DNA of 64,000 bases from positions 1-64,000 of the forward strand of contig JAUPSS010000005.1 of assembly GCA_040285825.1 (NCBI GenBank), read 5' to 3'. The notes below the pieces were generated by a model. It was given only the letters and a program-made list of their open reading frames with translations, did no database searches and was not told the DNA's origin. The DNA comes from Eukaryota sp. TZLM1-RC. Its lineage: Eukaryota; Protista; Metamonada: BaSk clade. A program made the position numbers and the translations under genes. Of this stretch, positions 1 through 12,660 are shown one piece after another (position 1 is the stretch's first letter; the number at the start of each line of letters is the position of its first letter).

Positions 1-3000
1 CAATCGTATCAAAACGATACTCTTACACTTACAGTAATGGTTTTTATTAGTTTGCAACATTCAATTGTATACTTTTGATTTTACTTTTTTTTACAATTCT
101 AATGTTTAAAAATTAATACACTCAATTAATTCAAATATATACAAAATCATTTGAAAATGTAATCATGAGTTTTGTACTGATCAAGTAACACATAGCCAAC
201 ATTACTACACACAATTTCACACAAAGTTTGATCACAAGTTGATCACATCTAGTACATAAGGACTACATGCAACTCATCTAATCATAATGACCATTCCTCA
301 AATGACCATAGCACGGACTTTTAACACCACAATTGTTATATTAATTGTCCCAAAATGGACTTTTAAAGATTTGACCAATGATTGTAATAAACAACCATTG
401 GTCAATATACGAAACTAGGAACTTCATATGAGCCTCAGTAAATCGTATCAAAAACGATACTCTTACACTTACAGCAATTGTTTTATTAGTTTGCAACATT
501 CAATTGTATACTTTTTGATTTTTACTTTTTACAATTTAATGTTTAAAAATTAATACACTCAATTAATTCAAATATATACAAAATCATTTGAAAATGTAAT
601 CATGAGTTTGTACTGATCAAGTAACACATAGCCAACATTACTCACACAATTTCACACAAAGTTTGATCACAAGTTGATCACATCTAGTACATAAGGACTA
701 CATGCAACTCACCAAATCACACCAATGACCATTCAACCAATCAAACCAATGACTACTCAAATGACCATAGCACGGACTTTAACACCACAATTGTTATATT
801 AATTGTCCCAAAATGGACTTTAAAGATTTGACCAATGATTGTAATAAACAACCATTGGTCAATATACGAAACTAGGAACTTCATATGAGCCTCAGTAAAT
901 CGTATCAAAAACGATACTCTTACACTTACAGCAATTGTTTTATTAGTTTGCAACATTCAATTGTATACTTTTTGATTTTTTACTTTTTTTACAATTTAAT
1001 GTTTAAAAATTAATACACTCAATTAATTCAAATATATACAAAATCATTTGAAAATGTAATCATGAGTTTGTACTGATCAAGTAACACATAGCCAACATTA
1101 CTAACACACAATTTCACACAAAGTTTGATCACAAGTTGATCACATCTAGTACATAAGGACTACATGCAACTCATCTAATCATACCAATGACTACTCAAAT
1201 GACCATAGCACGGACTTTAACACCACAATTGTTATATTAATTGTCCCAAAATGGACTTTAAAGATTTGACCAATGATTGTAATAAACAACCATTGGTCAA
1301 TATACGAAACTAGGAACTTCATATGAGCCTCAGTAAATCGTATCAAAAACGATACTCTTACACTTACAGCAATTGTTTTTATTAGTTTTACAACATTCAA
1401 TTGTATACTTTTTGATTTTTACTTTTTACAATTTAATGTTTAAAAATTAATACACTCAATTAATTCAAATATATACAAAATCATTTGAAAATGTAATCAT
1501 GAGTTTGTACTGATCAAGTAACACATAGCCAACATTACTCACACACAATTTCACACAAAGTTTGATCACAAGTTGATCACATCTAGTACATAGGACTACA
1601 TGCAACTCACCTAAATCACACCAATGACCATTCAACCAATCAAACCAATGACTACTCAAATGACCATAGCACGGACTTTAACACCACAATTGTTATATTA
1701 ATTGTCCCAAAATGGACTTTAAAGATTTGACCAATGATTGTAATAAACAACCATTGGTCAATATACGAAACTAGGAACTTCATATGAGCCTCAGTAAATC
1801 GTATCAAAAACGATACTCTTACACTTACAGCAATTGTTTTATTAGTTTGCAACATTCAATTGTATACTTTTGATTTTTACTTTTTTACAATTTAATGTTT
1901 AAAAATTAATACACTCAATTAATTCAAATATATACAAAATCATTTGAAAATGTAATCATGAGTTTGTACTGATCAAGTAACACATAGCCAACATTACTCA
2001 CACACAATTTCACACAAAGTTTGATCACAAGTTGATCACATCTAGTACATAAGGACTACATGCAACTCATCTAATCACACCAATGACCATTCAACCAATC
2101 AAACCAATGACTACTCAAATGACCATAGCACGGACTTTAACACCACAATTGTTATATTAATTGTCCCAAAATGGACTTTAAAGATTTGACCAATGATTGT
2201 AATAAACAACCATTGGTCAATATACGAAAACTAGGAACTTCATATGAGCCTCAGTAAATCGTATCAAAAACGATACTCTTACACTTACAGCAATTGTTTT
2301 ATTAGTTTGCAACATTCAATTGTATACTTTTTGATTTTTACTTTTTACAATTTAATGTTTAAAAATTAATACACTCAATTAATTCAAATATATACAAAAT
2401 CATTTGAAAATGTAATCATGAGTTTGTACTGATCAAGTAACACATAGCCAACATTACTCACACACAATTTCACACAAAGTTTGATCACAAGTTGATCACA
2501 TCTAGTACATAAGGACTACATGCAACTCACCAAATCACACCAATGACCATTCAACCAATCAAACCAATGACTACTCAAATGACCATAGCACGGACTTTAA
2601 CACCACAATTGTTATATTAATTGTCCCAAAATGGACTTTTAAAGATTTGACCAATGATTGTAATAAACAACCATTGGTCAATATACGAAACTAGGAACTT
2701 CATATGAGCCTCAGTAAATCGTATCAAAACGATACTCTTACACTTACAGCAATTGTTTTATTAGTTTGCAACATTCAATTGTATACTTTTTGATTTTTAC
2801 TTTTTACAATTTAATGTTTAAAAATTAATACACTCAATTAATTCAAATATATACAAAATCATTTGAAAATGTAATCATGAGTTTGTACTGATCAAGTAAC
2901 ACATAGCCAACATTACTCACACACAATTTCACACAAAGTTTGATCACAAGTTGATCACATCTAGTACATAAGGACTACATGCAACTCATCTAATCACACC

Positions 3001-6000
3001 AATGACCATTCAACCAATCAAACCAATGACTACTCAAATGACCATAGCACGGACTTTAACACCACAATTGTTATATTAATTGTCCCAAAATGGACTTTAA
3101 AGATTTGACCAATGATTGTAATAAACAACCATTGGTCAATATACGAAACTAGGAACTTCATATGAGCCTCAGTAAATCGTATCAAAAACGATACTCTTAC
3201 ACTTACAGCAATTGTTTTATTAGTTTGCAACATTCAATTGTATACTTTTGATTTTTACTTTTTTTACAATTTAATGTTTAAAAATTAATACACTCAATTA
3301 ATTCAAATATATACAAAATCATTTGAAAATGTAATCATGAGTTTGTACTGATCAAGTAACACATAGCCAACATTACTCACACACAATTTCACACAAAGTT
3401 TGATCACAAGTTGATCACATCTAGTACATAAGACTACATGCAACTCATCTAATCACACCAATGACCATTCAACCAATCAAACCAATGACTACTCAAATGA
3501 CCATAGCACGGACTTTAACACCACAATTGTTATATTAATTGTCCCAAAATGGACTTTAAAGATTTGACCAATGATTGTAATAAACAACCATTGGTCAATA
3601 TACGAAACTAGGAACTTCATATGAGCCTCAGTAAATCGTATCAAAACGATACTCTTACACTTACAGCAATTGTTTTATTAGTTTGCAACATTCAATTGTA
3701 TACTTTTTGATTTTTACTTTTTACAATTTAATGTTTAAAAATTAATACACTCAATTAATTCAAATATATACAAAATCATTTGAAAATGTAATCATGAGTT
3801 TGTACTGATCAAGTAACACATAGCCAACATTACTCACACACAATTTCACACAAAGTTTGATCACAAGTTGATCACATCTAGTACATAAGGACTACATGCA
3901 ACTCACCAAATCACACCAATGACCATTCAACCAATCAAACCAATGACTACTCAAATGACCATAGCACGGACTTTAACACCACAATTGTTATATTAATTGT
4001 CCCAAAATGGACTTTAAAGATTTGACCAATGATTGTAATAAACAACCATTGGTCAATATACGAAACTAGGAACTTCATATGAGCCTCAGTAAATCGTATC
4101 AAAAACGATACTCTTACACTTACAGCAATTGTTTTATTAGTTTGCAACATTCAATTGTATACTTTTTGATTTTTTACTTTTTTTACAATTTAATGTTTAA
4201 AAATTAATACACTCAATTAATTCAAATATATACAAAATCATTTGAAAATGTAATCATGAGTTTGTACTGATCAAGTAACACATAGCCAACATTACTCACA
4301 CACAATTTCACACAAAGTTTGATCACAAGTTGATCACATCTAGTACATAAAGACTACATGCAACTCATCTAATCACACCAATGACCATTCAACCAATCAT
4401 ACCAATGACTAATCAAATGACCATAGCACGGACTTTAACACCACAATTGTTATATTAATTGTCCCAAAATGGACTTTAAAGATTTGACCAATGATTGTAA
4501 TAAACAACCATTGGTCAATATACGAAACTAGGAACTTCATATGAGCCTCAGTAAATCGTATCAAAAACGATACTCTTACACTTACAGCAATTGTTTTATT
4601 AGTTTACAACATTCAATTGTATACTTTTTGATTTTTACTTTTTACAATTTAATGTTTAAAAATTAATACACTCAATTAATTCAAATATATACAAAATCAT
4701 TTGAAAATGTAATCATGAGTTTGTACTGATCAAGTAACACATAGCCAACATTACTAACACACAATTTCACACAAAGTTTGATCACAAGTTGATCACATCT
4801 AGTACATAAAGACTACATGCAACTCATCTAATCACACCAATGACCATTCAACCAATCATACCAATGACTAATCAAATGACCATAGCACGGACTTTAACAC
4901 CACAATTGTTATATTAATTGTCCCAAAATGGACTTTAAAGATTTGACCAATGATTGTAATAAACAACCATTGGTCAATATACGAAACTAGGAACTTCATA
5001 TGAGCCTCAGTAAATCGTATCAAAACGATACTCTTACACTTACAGCAATTGTTTTATTAGTTTACAACATTCAATTGTATACTTTTGATTTTTTACTTTT
5101 TTACAATTTAATGTTTAAAAATTAATACACTCAATTAATTCAAATATATACAAAATCATTTGAAAATGTAATCATGAGTTTGTACTGATCAAGTAACACA
5201 TAGCCAACATTACTAACACACAATTTCACACAAAGTTTGATCACAAGTTGATCACATCTAGTACATAAAGACTACATGCAACTCATCTAATCACACCAAT
5301 GACCATTCAACCAATCATACCAATGACTAATCAAATGACCATAGCACGGACTTTAACACCACAATTGTTATATTAATTGTCCCAAAATGGACTTTAAAGA
5401 TTTGACCAATGATTGTAATAAACAACCATTGGTCAATATACGAAACTAGGAACTTCATATGAGCCTCAGTAAATCGTATCAAAAACGATACTCTTACACT
5501 TACAGCAATTGTTTTATTAGTTTACAACATTCAATTGTATACTTTTTGATTTTTTACTTTTTTTACAATTTAATGTTTAAAAATTAATACACTCAATTAA
5601 TTCAAATATATACAAAATCATTTGAAAATGTAATCATGAGTTTGTACTGATCAAGTAACACATAGCCAACATTACTAACACACAATTTCACACAAAGTTT
5701 GATCACAAGTTGATCACATCTAGTACATAAAGACTACATGCAACTCACCAAATCACACCAATGACCATTCAACCAATCATACCAATGACTAATCAAATGA
5801 CCATAGCACGGACTTTAACACCACAATTGTTATATTAATTGTCCCAAAATGGACTTTAAAGATTTGACCAATGATTGTAATAAACAACCATTGGTCAATA
5901 TACGAAACTAGGAACTTCATATGAGCCTCAGTAAATCGTATCAAAAACGATACTCTTACACTTACAGCAATTGTTTTATTAGTTTACAACATTCAATTGT

Positions 6001-8731
6001 ATACTTTTTGATTTTTTACTTTTTTACAATTTAATGTTTAAAAATTAATACACTCAATTAATTCAAATATATACAAAATCATTTGAAAATGTAATCATGA
6101 GTTTGTACTGATCAAGTAACACATAGCCAACATTACTAACACACAATTTCACACAAAGTTTGATCACAAGTTGATCACATCTAGTACATAAAGACTACAT
6201 GCAACTCATCTAATCATACCAATGACCATTCAACCAATCATACCAATGACTAATCAAATGACCATAGCACGGACTTTAACACCACAATTGTTATATTAAT
6301 TGTCCCAAAATGGACTTTAAAGATTTGACCAATGATTGTAATAAACAACCATTGGTCAATATACGAAACTAGGAACTTCATATGAGCCTCAGTAAATCGT
6401 ATCAAAAACGATACTCTTACACTTACAGCAATTGTTTTATTAGTTTACAACATTCAATTGTATACTTTTTGATTTTTTTACTTTTTTTACAATTTAATGT
6501 TTAAAAATTAATACACTCAATTAATTCAAATATATACAAAATCATTTGAAAATGTAATCATGAGTTTGTACTGATCAAGTAACACATAGCCAACATTACT
6601 CACACACAATTTCACACAAAGTTTGATCACAAGTTGATCACATCTAGTACATAAGGACTACATGCAACTCACCAAATCACACCAATGACCATTCAACCAA
6701 TCAAACCAATGACTACTCAAATGACCATAGCACGGACTTTAACACCACAATTGTTATATTAATTGTCCCAAAATGGACTTTAAAGATTTGACCAATGATT
6801 GTAATAAACAACCATTGGTCAATATACGAAACTAGGAACTTCATATGAGCCTCAGTAAATCGTATCAAAAACGATACTCTTACACTTACAGCAATTGTTT
6901 TATTAGTTTACAACATTCAATTGTATACTTTTTGATTTTTTACTTTTTTTACAATTTAATGTTTAAAAATTAATACACTCAATTAATTCAAATATATACA
7001 AAATCATTTGAAAATGTAATCATGAGTTTGTACTGATCAAGTAACACATAGCCAACATTACTCACACACAATTTCACACAAAGTTTGATCACAAGTTGAT
7101 CACATCTAGTACATAAGGACTACATGCAACTCACCAAATCAAACCAATGACTACTCAAATGACCATAGCACGGACTTTAACACCACAATTGTTATATTAA
7201 TTGTCCCAAAATGGACTTTAAAGATTTGACCAATGATTGTAATAAACAACCATTGGTCAATATACGAAACTAGGAACTTCATATGAGCCTCAGTAAATCG
7301 TATCAAAAACGATACTCTTACACTTACAGCAATTGTTTTATTAGTTTACAACATTCAATTGTATACTTTTTGATTTTTTTACTATTTTTACAATTTAATG
7401 TTTAAAAATTAATACACTCAATTAATTCAAATATATACAAAATCATTTGAAAATGTAATCATGAGTTTGTACTGATCAAGTAACACATAGCCAACATTAC
7501 TAACACACAATTTCACACAAAGTTTGATCACAAGTTGATCACATCTAGTACATAAGGACTACATGCAACTCATCTAATCATACCAATGACTAATCAAATG
7601 ACCATAGCACGGACTTTAACACCACAATTGTTATATTAATTGTCCCAAAATGGACTTTAAAGATTTGACCAATGATTGTAATAAACAACCATTGGTCAAT
7701 ATACGAAACTAGGAACTTCATATGAGCCTCAGTAAATCGTATCAAAAACGATACTCTTACACTTACAGCAATTGTTTTATTAGTTTGCAACATTCAATTG
7801 TATACTTTTTGATTTTTTACTTTTTTTACAATTTAATGTTTAAAAATTAATACACTCAATTAATTCAAATATATACAAAATCATTTGAAAATGTAATCAT
7901 GAGTTTGTACTGATCAAGTAACACATAGCCAACATTACTAACACACAATTTCACACAAAGTTTGATCACAAGTTGATCACATCTAGTACATAAAGACTAC
8001 ATGCAACTCATCTAATCATACCAATGACCATTCAACCAATCATACCAATGACTACTCAAATGACCATAGCACGGACTTTAACACCACAATTGTTATATTA
8101 ATTGTCCCAAAATGGACTTTAAAGATTTGACCAATGATTGTAATAAACAACCATTGGTCAATATACGAAACTAGGAACTTCATATGAGCCTCAGTAAATC
8201 GTATCAAAAACGATACTCTTACACTTACAGCAATTGTTTTATTAGTTTGCAACATTCAATTGTATACTTTTTGATTTTTTACTTTTTTTACAATTTAATG
8301 TTTAAAAATTAATACACTCAATTAATTCAAATACAAAATCATTTGAAAATGTAATCATGAGTTTGTACTGATCAAGTAACACATAGCCAACATTACTAAC
8401 ACACAATTTCACACAAAGTTTGATCACAAGTTGATCACATCTAGTACATAAAGACTACATGCAACTCATCTAATCATACCAATGACCATTCAACCAATCA
8501 AACCAATGACTACTCAAATGACCATAGCACGGACTTTAACACCACAATTGTTATATTAATTGTCCCAAAATGGACTTTAAAGATTTGACCAATGATTGTA
8601 ATAAACAACCATTGGTCAATATACGAAACTAGGAACTTCATATGAGCCTCAGTAAATCGTATCAAAAACGATACTCTTACACTTACAGCAATTGTTTTAT
8701 TAGTTTGCAACATTCAATTGTATACTTTTTG
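1..8731. repeat. Tandem satellite-like array, ~19 near-identical units of ~440-463 bp, open at the window start
   Basis: The marker AATCGTATCAAAA(A)CGATACTC recurs 20 times (approx. 2, 441, 899, 1337, 1798 ... 8198, 8655). Unit length varies by loss of an ACCAATGAC-containing subrepeat and by homopolymer length. Confidence 0.98.
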
Positions 8732-8784
8732 TTTTTTATTTCAAAATCGAATTGTTTAAGTTAATGTTTTTTTTCAAAATGCAA

Positions 8785-9042
8785 CTTTATTTATTATTTT
8801 CTACGAAGAAACAAAACAAAACAAAACAAATTAAAACACATAAGAAACATAATTCTCCACGCCAACTCTTGATGAATCCTTAAACAGCGTGGACATCATT
8901 AAGTTTAAGTACTTGAGAACCCTTCTATACAAAGCAAAAATGATACGATTCTTTCATAAATTCCCTGCAAAATTCTTATCACTTGAACGGAATCAATTAT
9001 CAAAATCATTGAAACAATTCAACGCAGACTGACTAATGTGTG
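8785..9042 (-). mobile_element. 3'-end fragment of RLE-type non-LTR retrotransposon (same family as 15090-17460)
   Basis: Matches 15095-15290 (ttttctacgaagaa...aattctccacgccaactcttgatgaatcctta...cataaattccctgcaaaattctta). Minus translation includes NRIIFALYR, the C-terminal helix shared by these elements. Confidence 0.9.
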
Positions 9043-9043
9043 C

Positions 9044-9315
9044 TTTATGTTATAAATCAAAAAACTCACTTAATTCAGCTAAATACCAAATCAATTTAAA
9101 ATTTAATCATGTGCCTTGTCAAAGTAAATATAACACATAGCCAACATTACTCACACACAATTTCATACAAAGTGAAATCATTTGTGACACTTCTTATACA
9201 TATAAGACTTGAAGCAACTCAATCGATCAATCAACTGGTCACACCGATGACCACTCAAATGACCACTAAAACAACTCTGACACCACAGTTGTTATAGTAA
9301 ATGTCCCAAAATGGC
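9044..9315. repeat. Diverged, isolated partial copy of the tandem-array unit
   Basis: Colinear blocks shared with the array: aatcatg; taacacatagccaacattactcacacacaatttca; gcaactca; actcaaatgacca; acaccacaNttgttataNtaaNtgtcccaaaatgg. Confidence 0.9.
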
Positions 9316-9387
9316 AAGAATGATTTTGAAAAGATTTGTAATCATTCCGCACATAAATTGATTGAGAATTTATGAAGAAATCCTCAT

Positions 9388-12300
9388 ATGCACTTTTGTC
9401 TTCCAATCAGGTTTTCTGCGTCTGAATTGTCAGTAACTTGTTGTTATGCACATTACTACATCACTGGTTCTTTTGATGGTACAGTTGCTGTTTGGAATTC
9501 CAGTCCACTATGTCTCATTTCCTATATTGGCTCCAAATATCAACTTCCTATAACACATCTCAAAGTTCATCAAAGTTCATCATGTACTCTTCTATACATT
9601 GTACATGGAAGCTTACATCTTTCTTGTTATGACCTTCTCAATGGTGTTTTTCGCTCTTCGGCCACACTTACTTCTCCGTTGAGGACTTTTTCATCGGGAA
9701 CTCATTATTTAGTAGGAACTCTTTATAATGGCCAAATTTGCTCCTGGATTCACGACAAGCTTGCTGTTCGTTCCTTGACTCCTGTTGGTGGACTAATTTC
9801 ACTTGTTGTCCATATAACAAAGGACGTGTTTTTGTTCAGAACCACATCACTATGGTACCTATTTCGAGCAGACTCCAATTCTATTTCTGACTTTGATTTT
9901 CCAGTTTTTCAGGGCAATGATGTACATTTTATTAAGAAAGTACCAAATTCTTTTATTTTTCTAGTTTTGTGTCAACAGAGTTTGTACCTTATAAGCTTTT
10001 CATCTTGTTTTACCCCGTTTATAATTTATTCTTATTCTTTTTCTTTGATTAGATTGATAGACGTAAATGACCTTTTATTCCACGACGACCAACTCATATT
10101 GGTTTCTGATAGCTCCAATGTTGCTTTTTTCGTTCAATTTCATATTCCCCAGGATTTCTTTCAAAAATTTCCTGCTAATTTATCTTATTCTCTAGAACCT
10201 TTAGGAGAGTATAGTGTCGATGTTGGGGACTCTGATAGTGAAAGCTTTCCTTTAGTGAAAGATTTTCCTTGCTCCACTGATAGCAATTGTAACGGTGACC
10301 AAAATGAACCAGAATTTGCTAATTTGCCTAGCTTTTTTGAGGGTTTTTTCAAAATGTCATTACTTGGAAAATTGTCTTTGAGTGGATATTCAAGAGTTTT
10401 CGGCGATTTACTTGTAATTAGACAACTTTCTGGTATAGTCAACACTAATTATGAGCTAGTGACGAACCTTGAAGACCGATATTTGTTTGGATCTTCCTCT
10501 GTTTTAAATAATAATTTTCTTTTTTTGATTGAAAATAGATTTTTGCTTTGTAGCATTGAATCGGCTAAGCTGATTGTTTTTGACTTATTCAACGGGTCAC
10601 GTGATATGTTTGATCTCGAAGTTGAAGGTCAGGACAATGGTAACTCTAACTTGATATTGATTGATAATGTTTTGGTATTTTATTATTGCCAAACCTTTTT
10701 CACCTTTGACTTTCACGAACACAGTCTCAGTTCAAAACCTTTTTCATTTCACACAGGGGTTAGGAATGAACCATTTCAACATCCTTTAGACTTCTCTCTT
10801 ATGAATGTTGGCAATCAAGGTCTTTTCTTTGCTGCTCTTGTGTCTTCCAAAGTTTACGTTTTTTCCATTCAAAATGATCTGATAAACCCTTTTGTTTTAA
10901 TTAAGGGAATTCCATGTAATTGTTCTGTAACTTCTATTGACATTAAATCTGGTTTTGTCTTTGTTGTCATCGTGAATCAAGTCAATTTTTTGGAAAGTTG
11001 TTGCACATTTAAAATATTGTTTTCCAACAATGAACGAATTTTTAACTCAGTTATTTTGGATTCTTTTTTCTATACGTACAATACCGCTGATGTCAATATT
11101 AACAAAAATGTACTTAATCGAAACCAACAGAGTAATTCTTTTATTACTATTAAAGATCTTAGTACATCTAATTCGTGGGTACAGTCATTGGAATTCAACT
11201 GGGAGAAGTTACTGGAATTCTTCAAAAATGAAGAGTTAAACCCCGTCTTTCTCGTCAGTGAGCTTCTCTCGAAATTTTGGATTTGTTCCATCTGGGCTGA
11301 CAATTTTTTATGTTTTTCCCAAAAAAATTCATTTGTGCTGCCCTCACCAAATACCCACATTGATCACGTGTCATTGACTACTCATTCACCTTTCTATAAA
11401 ACCTCACTTGATGTTTTTGTTATGTCGCTTTTGTTAGTCAAAGTGGACCCAAGTGATGGTGATTTGATTAATTTTGCAAGTTTTTCTAGCAATCTCAATT
11501 ATATTCCACACTTGTCTTATCTGGGTAAGTCGTTGATGTCTACCAATGAATTAATTAAAAATGCCAGTCGTATTTTACTCGAGATATTACTCAGAAATCT
11601 TGACGGTGTAGACCTTTGCGCAATTTTGGAAAAATGGATGATCTTATTAGATGAATTATTGGTTCAGAACTCTTGTTTACTTTCTATTTTGGAAGTGTTT
11701 GGTGTCTGTTGTTTGCTTTTCCATGAAGTCAAAGTACTTCCATTTAATTTCAATTATTCCCCCTTGATTAAAACAATCTCTCTATTTGCTTCATCCACTT
11801 TGGATTGTGGAATTTCTGGTATTGTTCATTTTGCTGACTTTGTGTCTCTAATTCCTGGTGTATTCACTTCCGAAGTTCAACTTTTGGGTCAAGTATTTTC
11901 TTTGTTCTTTGATTGCCTTGTTTATAATTCTGGCACGCTACTCAAATACCAAGAATCCATTGTTCTTCGAGCCTTGTCTGTTCTAGGTTCTGCATTCTAC
12001 ATTCAATTTCTCAGTCATTGTCAGATTTTGATGCACAGAGTTTGTCGTTTATCTAATGAAGACAATCGAACTGAAAAGTCCTTCCTGTTGTTGGTAAGTT
12101 GCAATGTTTTAAGTAGAATTTTGCGATTTAATCGCCATTGTTTCAATTCAAGGTTAGTTGACTTTATCGAAGTATTAATTTGTATTTTCCGAAACTCAGA
12201 TCCTCAGGTTTTTCCAGCTAGTTATAAATCTGTTTACAATTTTCTTAAAGAAGTTGGTTCACTTTTTAAGTCAGTGTCCTTTTGTCCAATAGGTTTGTAT

Positions 12301-12660
12301 TTAGTAGTTGCCACTGCTGATAATACTGGCCAGTTTCAGTTTTTCGATTTAAGAACACGAGTGACTAAAATTAAGCCTCTCATCATTAAGGGACATTCTT
12401 CAAGGGTCACCTTTGTGGAGTTTTCTCCTTGTGGTCATTACTTTAGTTCGTTTTCTCAGCAAACTTTAATTTTCAAAATTTGGAAAGTCAATGATTTGTG
12501 CAAGAATCGCTTGTTTTATAAACCTGTTGGTCGTGAAATTTCGTTGCAAAATGAAAGAATTTCACACTCTGAAACTATTAGACTATTCTGGGAATCAAGT
12601 TCGGTTGAATTAGTTGCTGATAATTATAAGCGAAAATTTGACCTAGAATCAGTAATTTGA
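9388..12660 (+). CDS. WD40-repeat protein, WDR7/WDR72 (rabconnectin-3 beta)-like
   Basis: 1090-aa intronless ORF. N-terminal WD (YITGSFDGTVAVW), helical middle, and C-terminal WD (FFDLRT...KGHSSRVTFVEFSPCGHYFSSFS...KIW) resembling the WDR7 C-terminus. Confidence 0.75.
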   Translation: MHFCLPIRFSASELSVTCCYAHYYITGSFDGTVAVWNSSPLCLISYIGSKYQLPITHLKVHQSSSCTLLYIVHGSLHLSCYDLLNGVFRSSATLTSPLRTFSSGTHYLVGTLYNGQICSWIHDKLAVRSLTPVGGLISLVVHITKDVFLFRTTSLWYLFRADSNSISDFDFPVFQGNDVHFIKKVPNSFIFLVLCQQSLYLISFSSCFTPFIIYSYSFSLIRLIDVNDLLFHDDQLILVSDSSNVAFFVQFHIPQDFFQKFPANLSYSLEPLGEYSVDVGDSDSESFPLVKDFPCSTDSNCNGDQNEPEFANLPSFFEGFFKMSLLGKLSLSGYSRVFGDLLVIRQLSGIVNTNYELVTNLEDRYLFGSSSVLNNNFLFLIENRFLLCSIESAKLIVFDLFNGSRDMFDLEVEGQDNGNSNLILIDNVLVFYYCQTFFTFDFHEHSLSSKPFSFHTGVRNEPFQHPLDFSLMNVGNQGLFFAALVSSKVYVFSIQNDLINPFVLIKGIPCNCSVTSIDIKSGFVFVVIVNQVNFLESCCTFKILFSNNERIFNSVILDSFFYTYNTADVNINKNVLNRNQQSNSFITIKDLSTSNSWVQSLEFNWEKLLEFFKNEELNPVFLVSELLSKFWICSIWADNFLCFSQKNSFVLPSPNTHIDHVSLTTHSPFYKTSLDVFVMSLLLVKVDPSDGDLINFASFSSNLNYIPHLSYLGKSLMSTNELIKNASRILLEILLRNLDGVDLCAILEKWMILLDELLVQNSCLLSILEVFGVCCLLFHEVKVLPFNFNYSPLIKTISLFASSTLDCGISGIVHFADFVSLIPGVFTSEVQLLGQVFSLFFDCLVYNSGTLLKYQESIVLRALSVLGSAFYIQFLSHCQILMHRVCRLSNEDNRTEKSFLLLVSCNVLSRILRFNRHCFNSRLVDFIEVLICIFRNSDPQVFPASYKSVYNFLKEVGSLFKSVSFCPIGLYLVVATADNTGQFQFFDLRTRVTKIKPLIIKGHSSRVTFVEFSPCGHYFSSFSQQTLIFKIWKVNDLCKNRLFYKPVGREISLQNERISHSETIRLFWESSSVELVADNYKRKFDLESVI

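Noticed and set aside
860-900. Hammerhead ribozyme or U1/U2 snRNA in the array unit (CGAAAC, ACTTAC, AAGTGTAAGAGTATC)
   Set aside because: No CUGANGA core in the right place, and the snRNA similarities are only a few nucleotides without the flanking structure.
1098-1112. ACTAACACACA resembling the Trichomonas/Giardia branch-point/3' splice motif
   Set aside because: Followed by A rather than G (no AG acceptor) and present only in some unit variants.
753-8713. Repeated 67-aa ORF (MLQTNKTIAV...) in the array
   Set aside because: Lost in many units through the G-to-A variant, stops or single-base indels. No domain; a by-product of the repeat.
1-8731. CRISPR-like or guide array
   Set aside because: Units are near-identical along their whole length with no unique spacers, and there is no meaningful match to the Fanzor tail or predicted guides.
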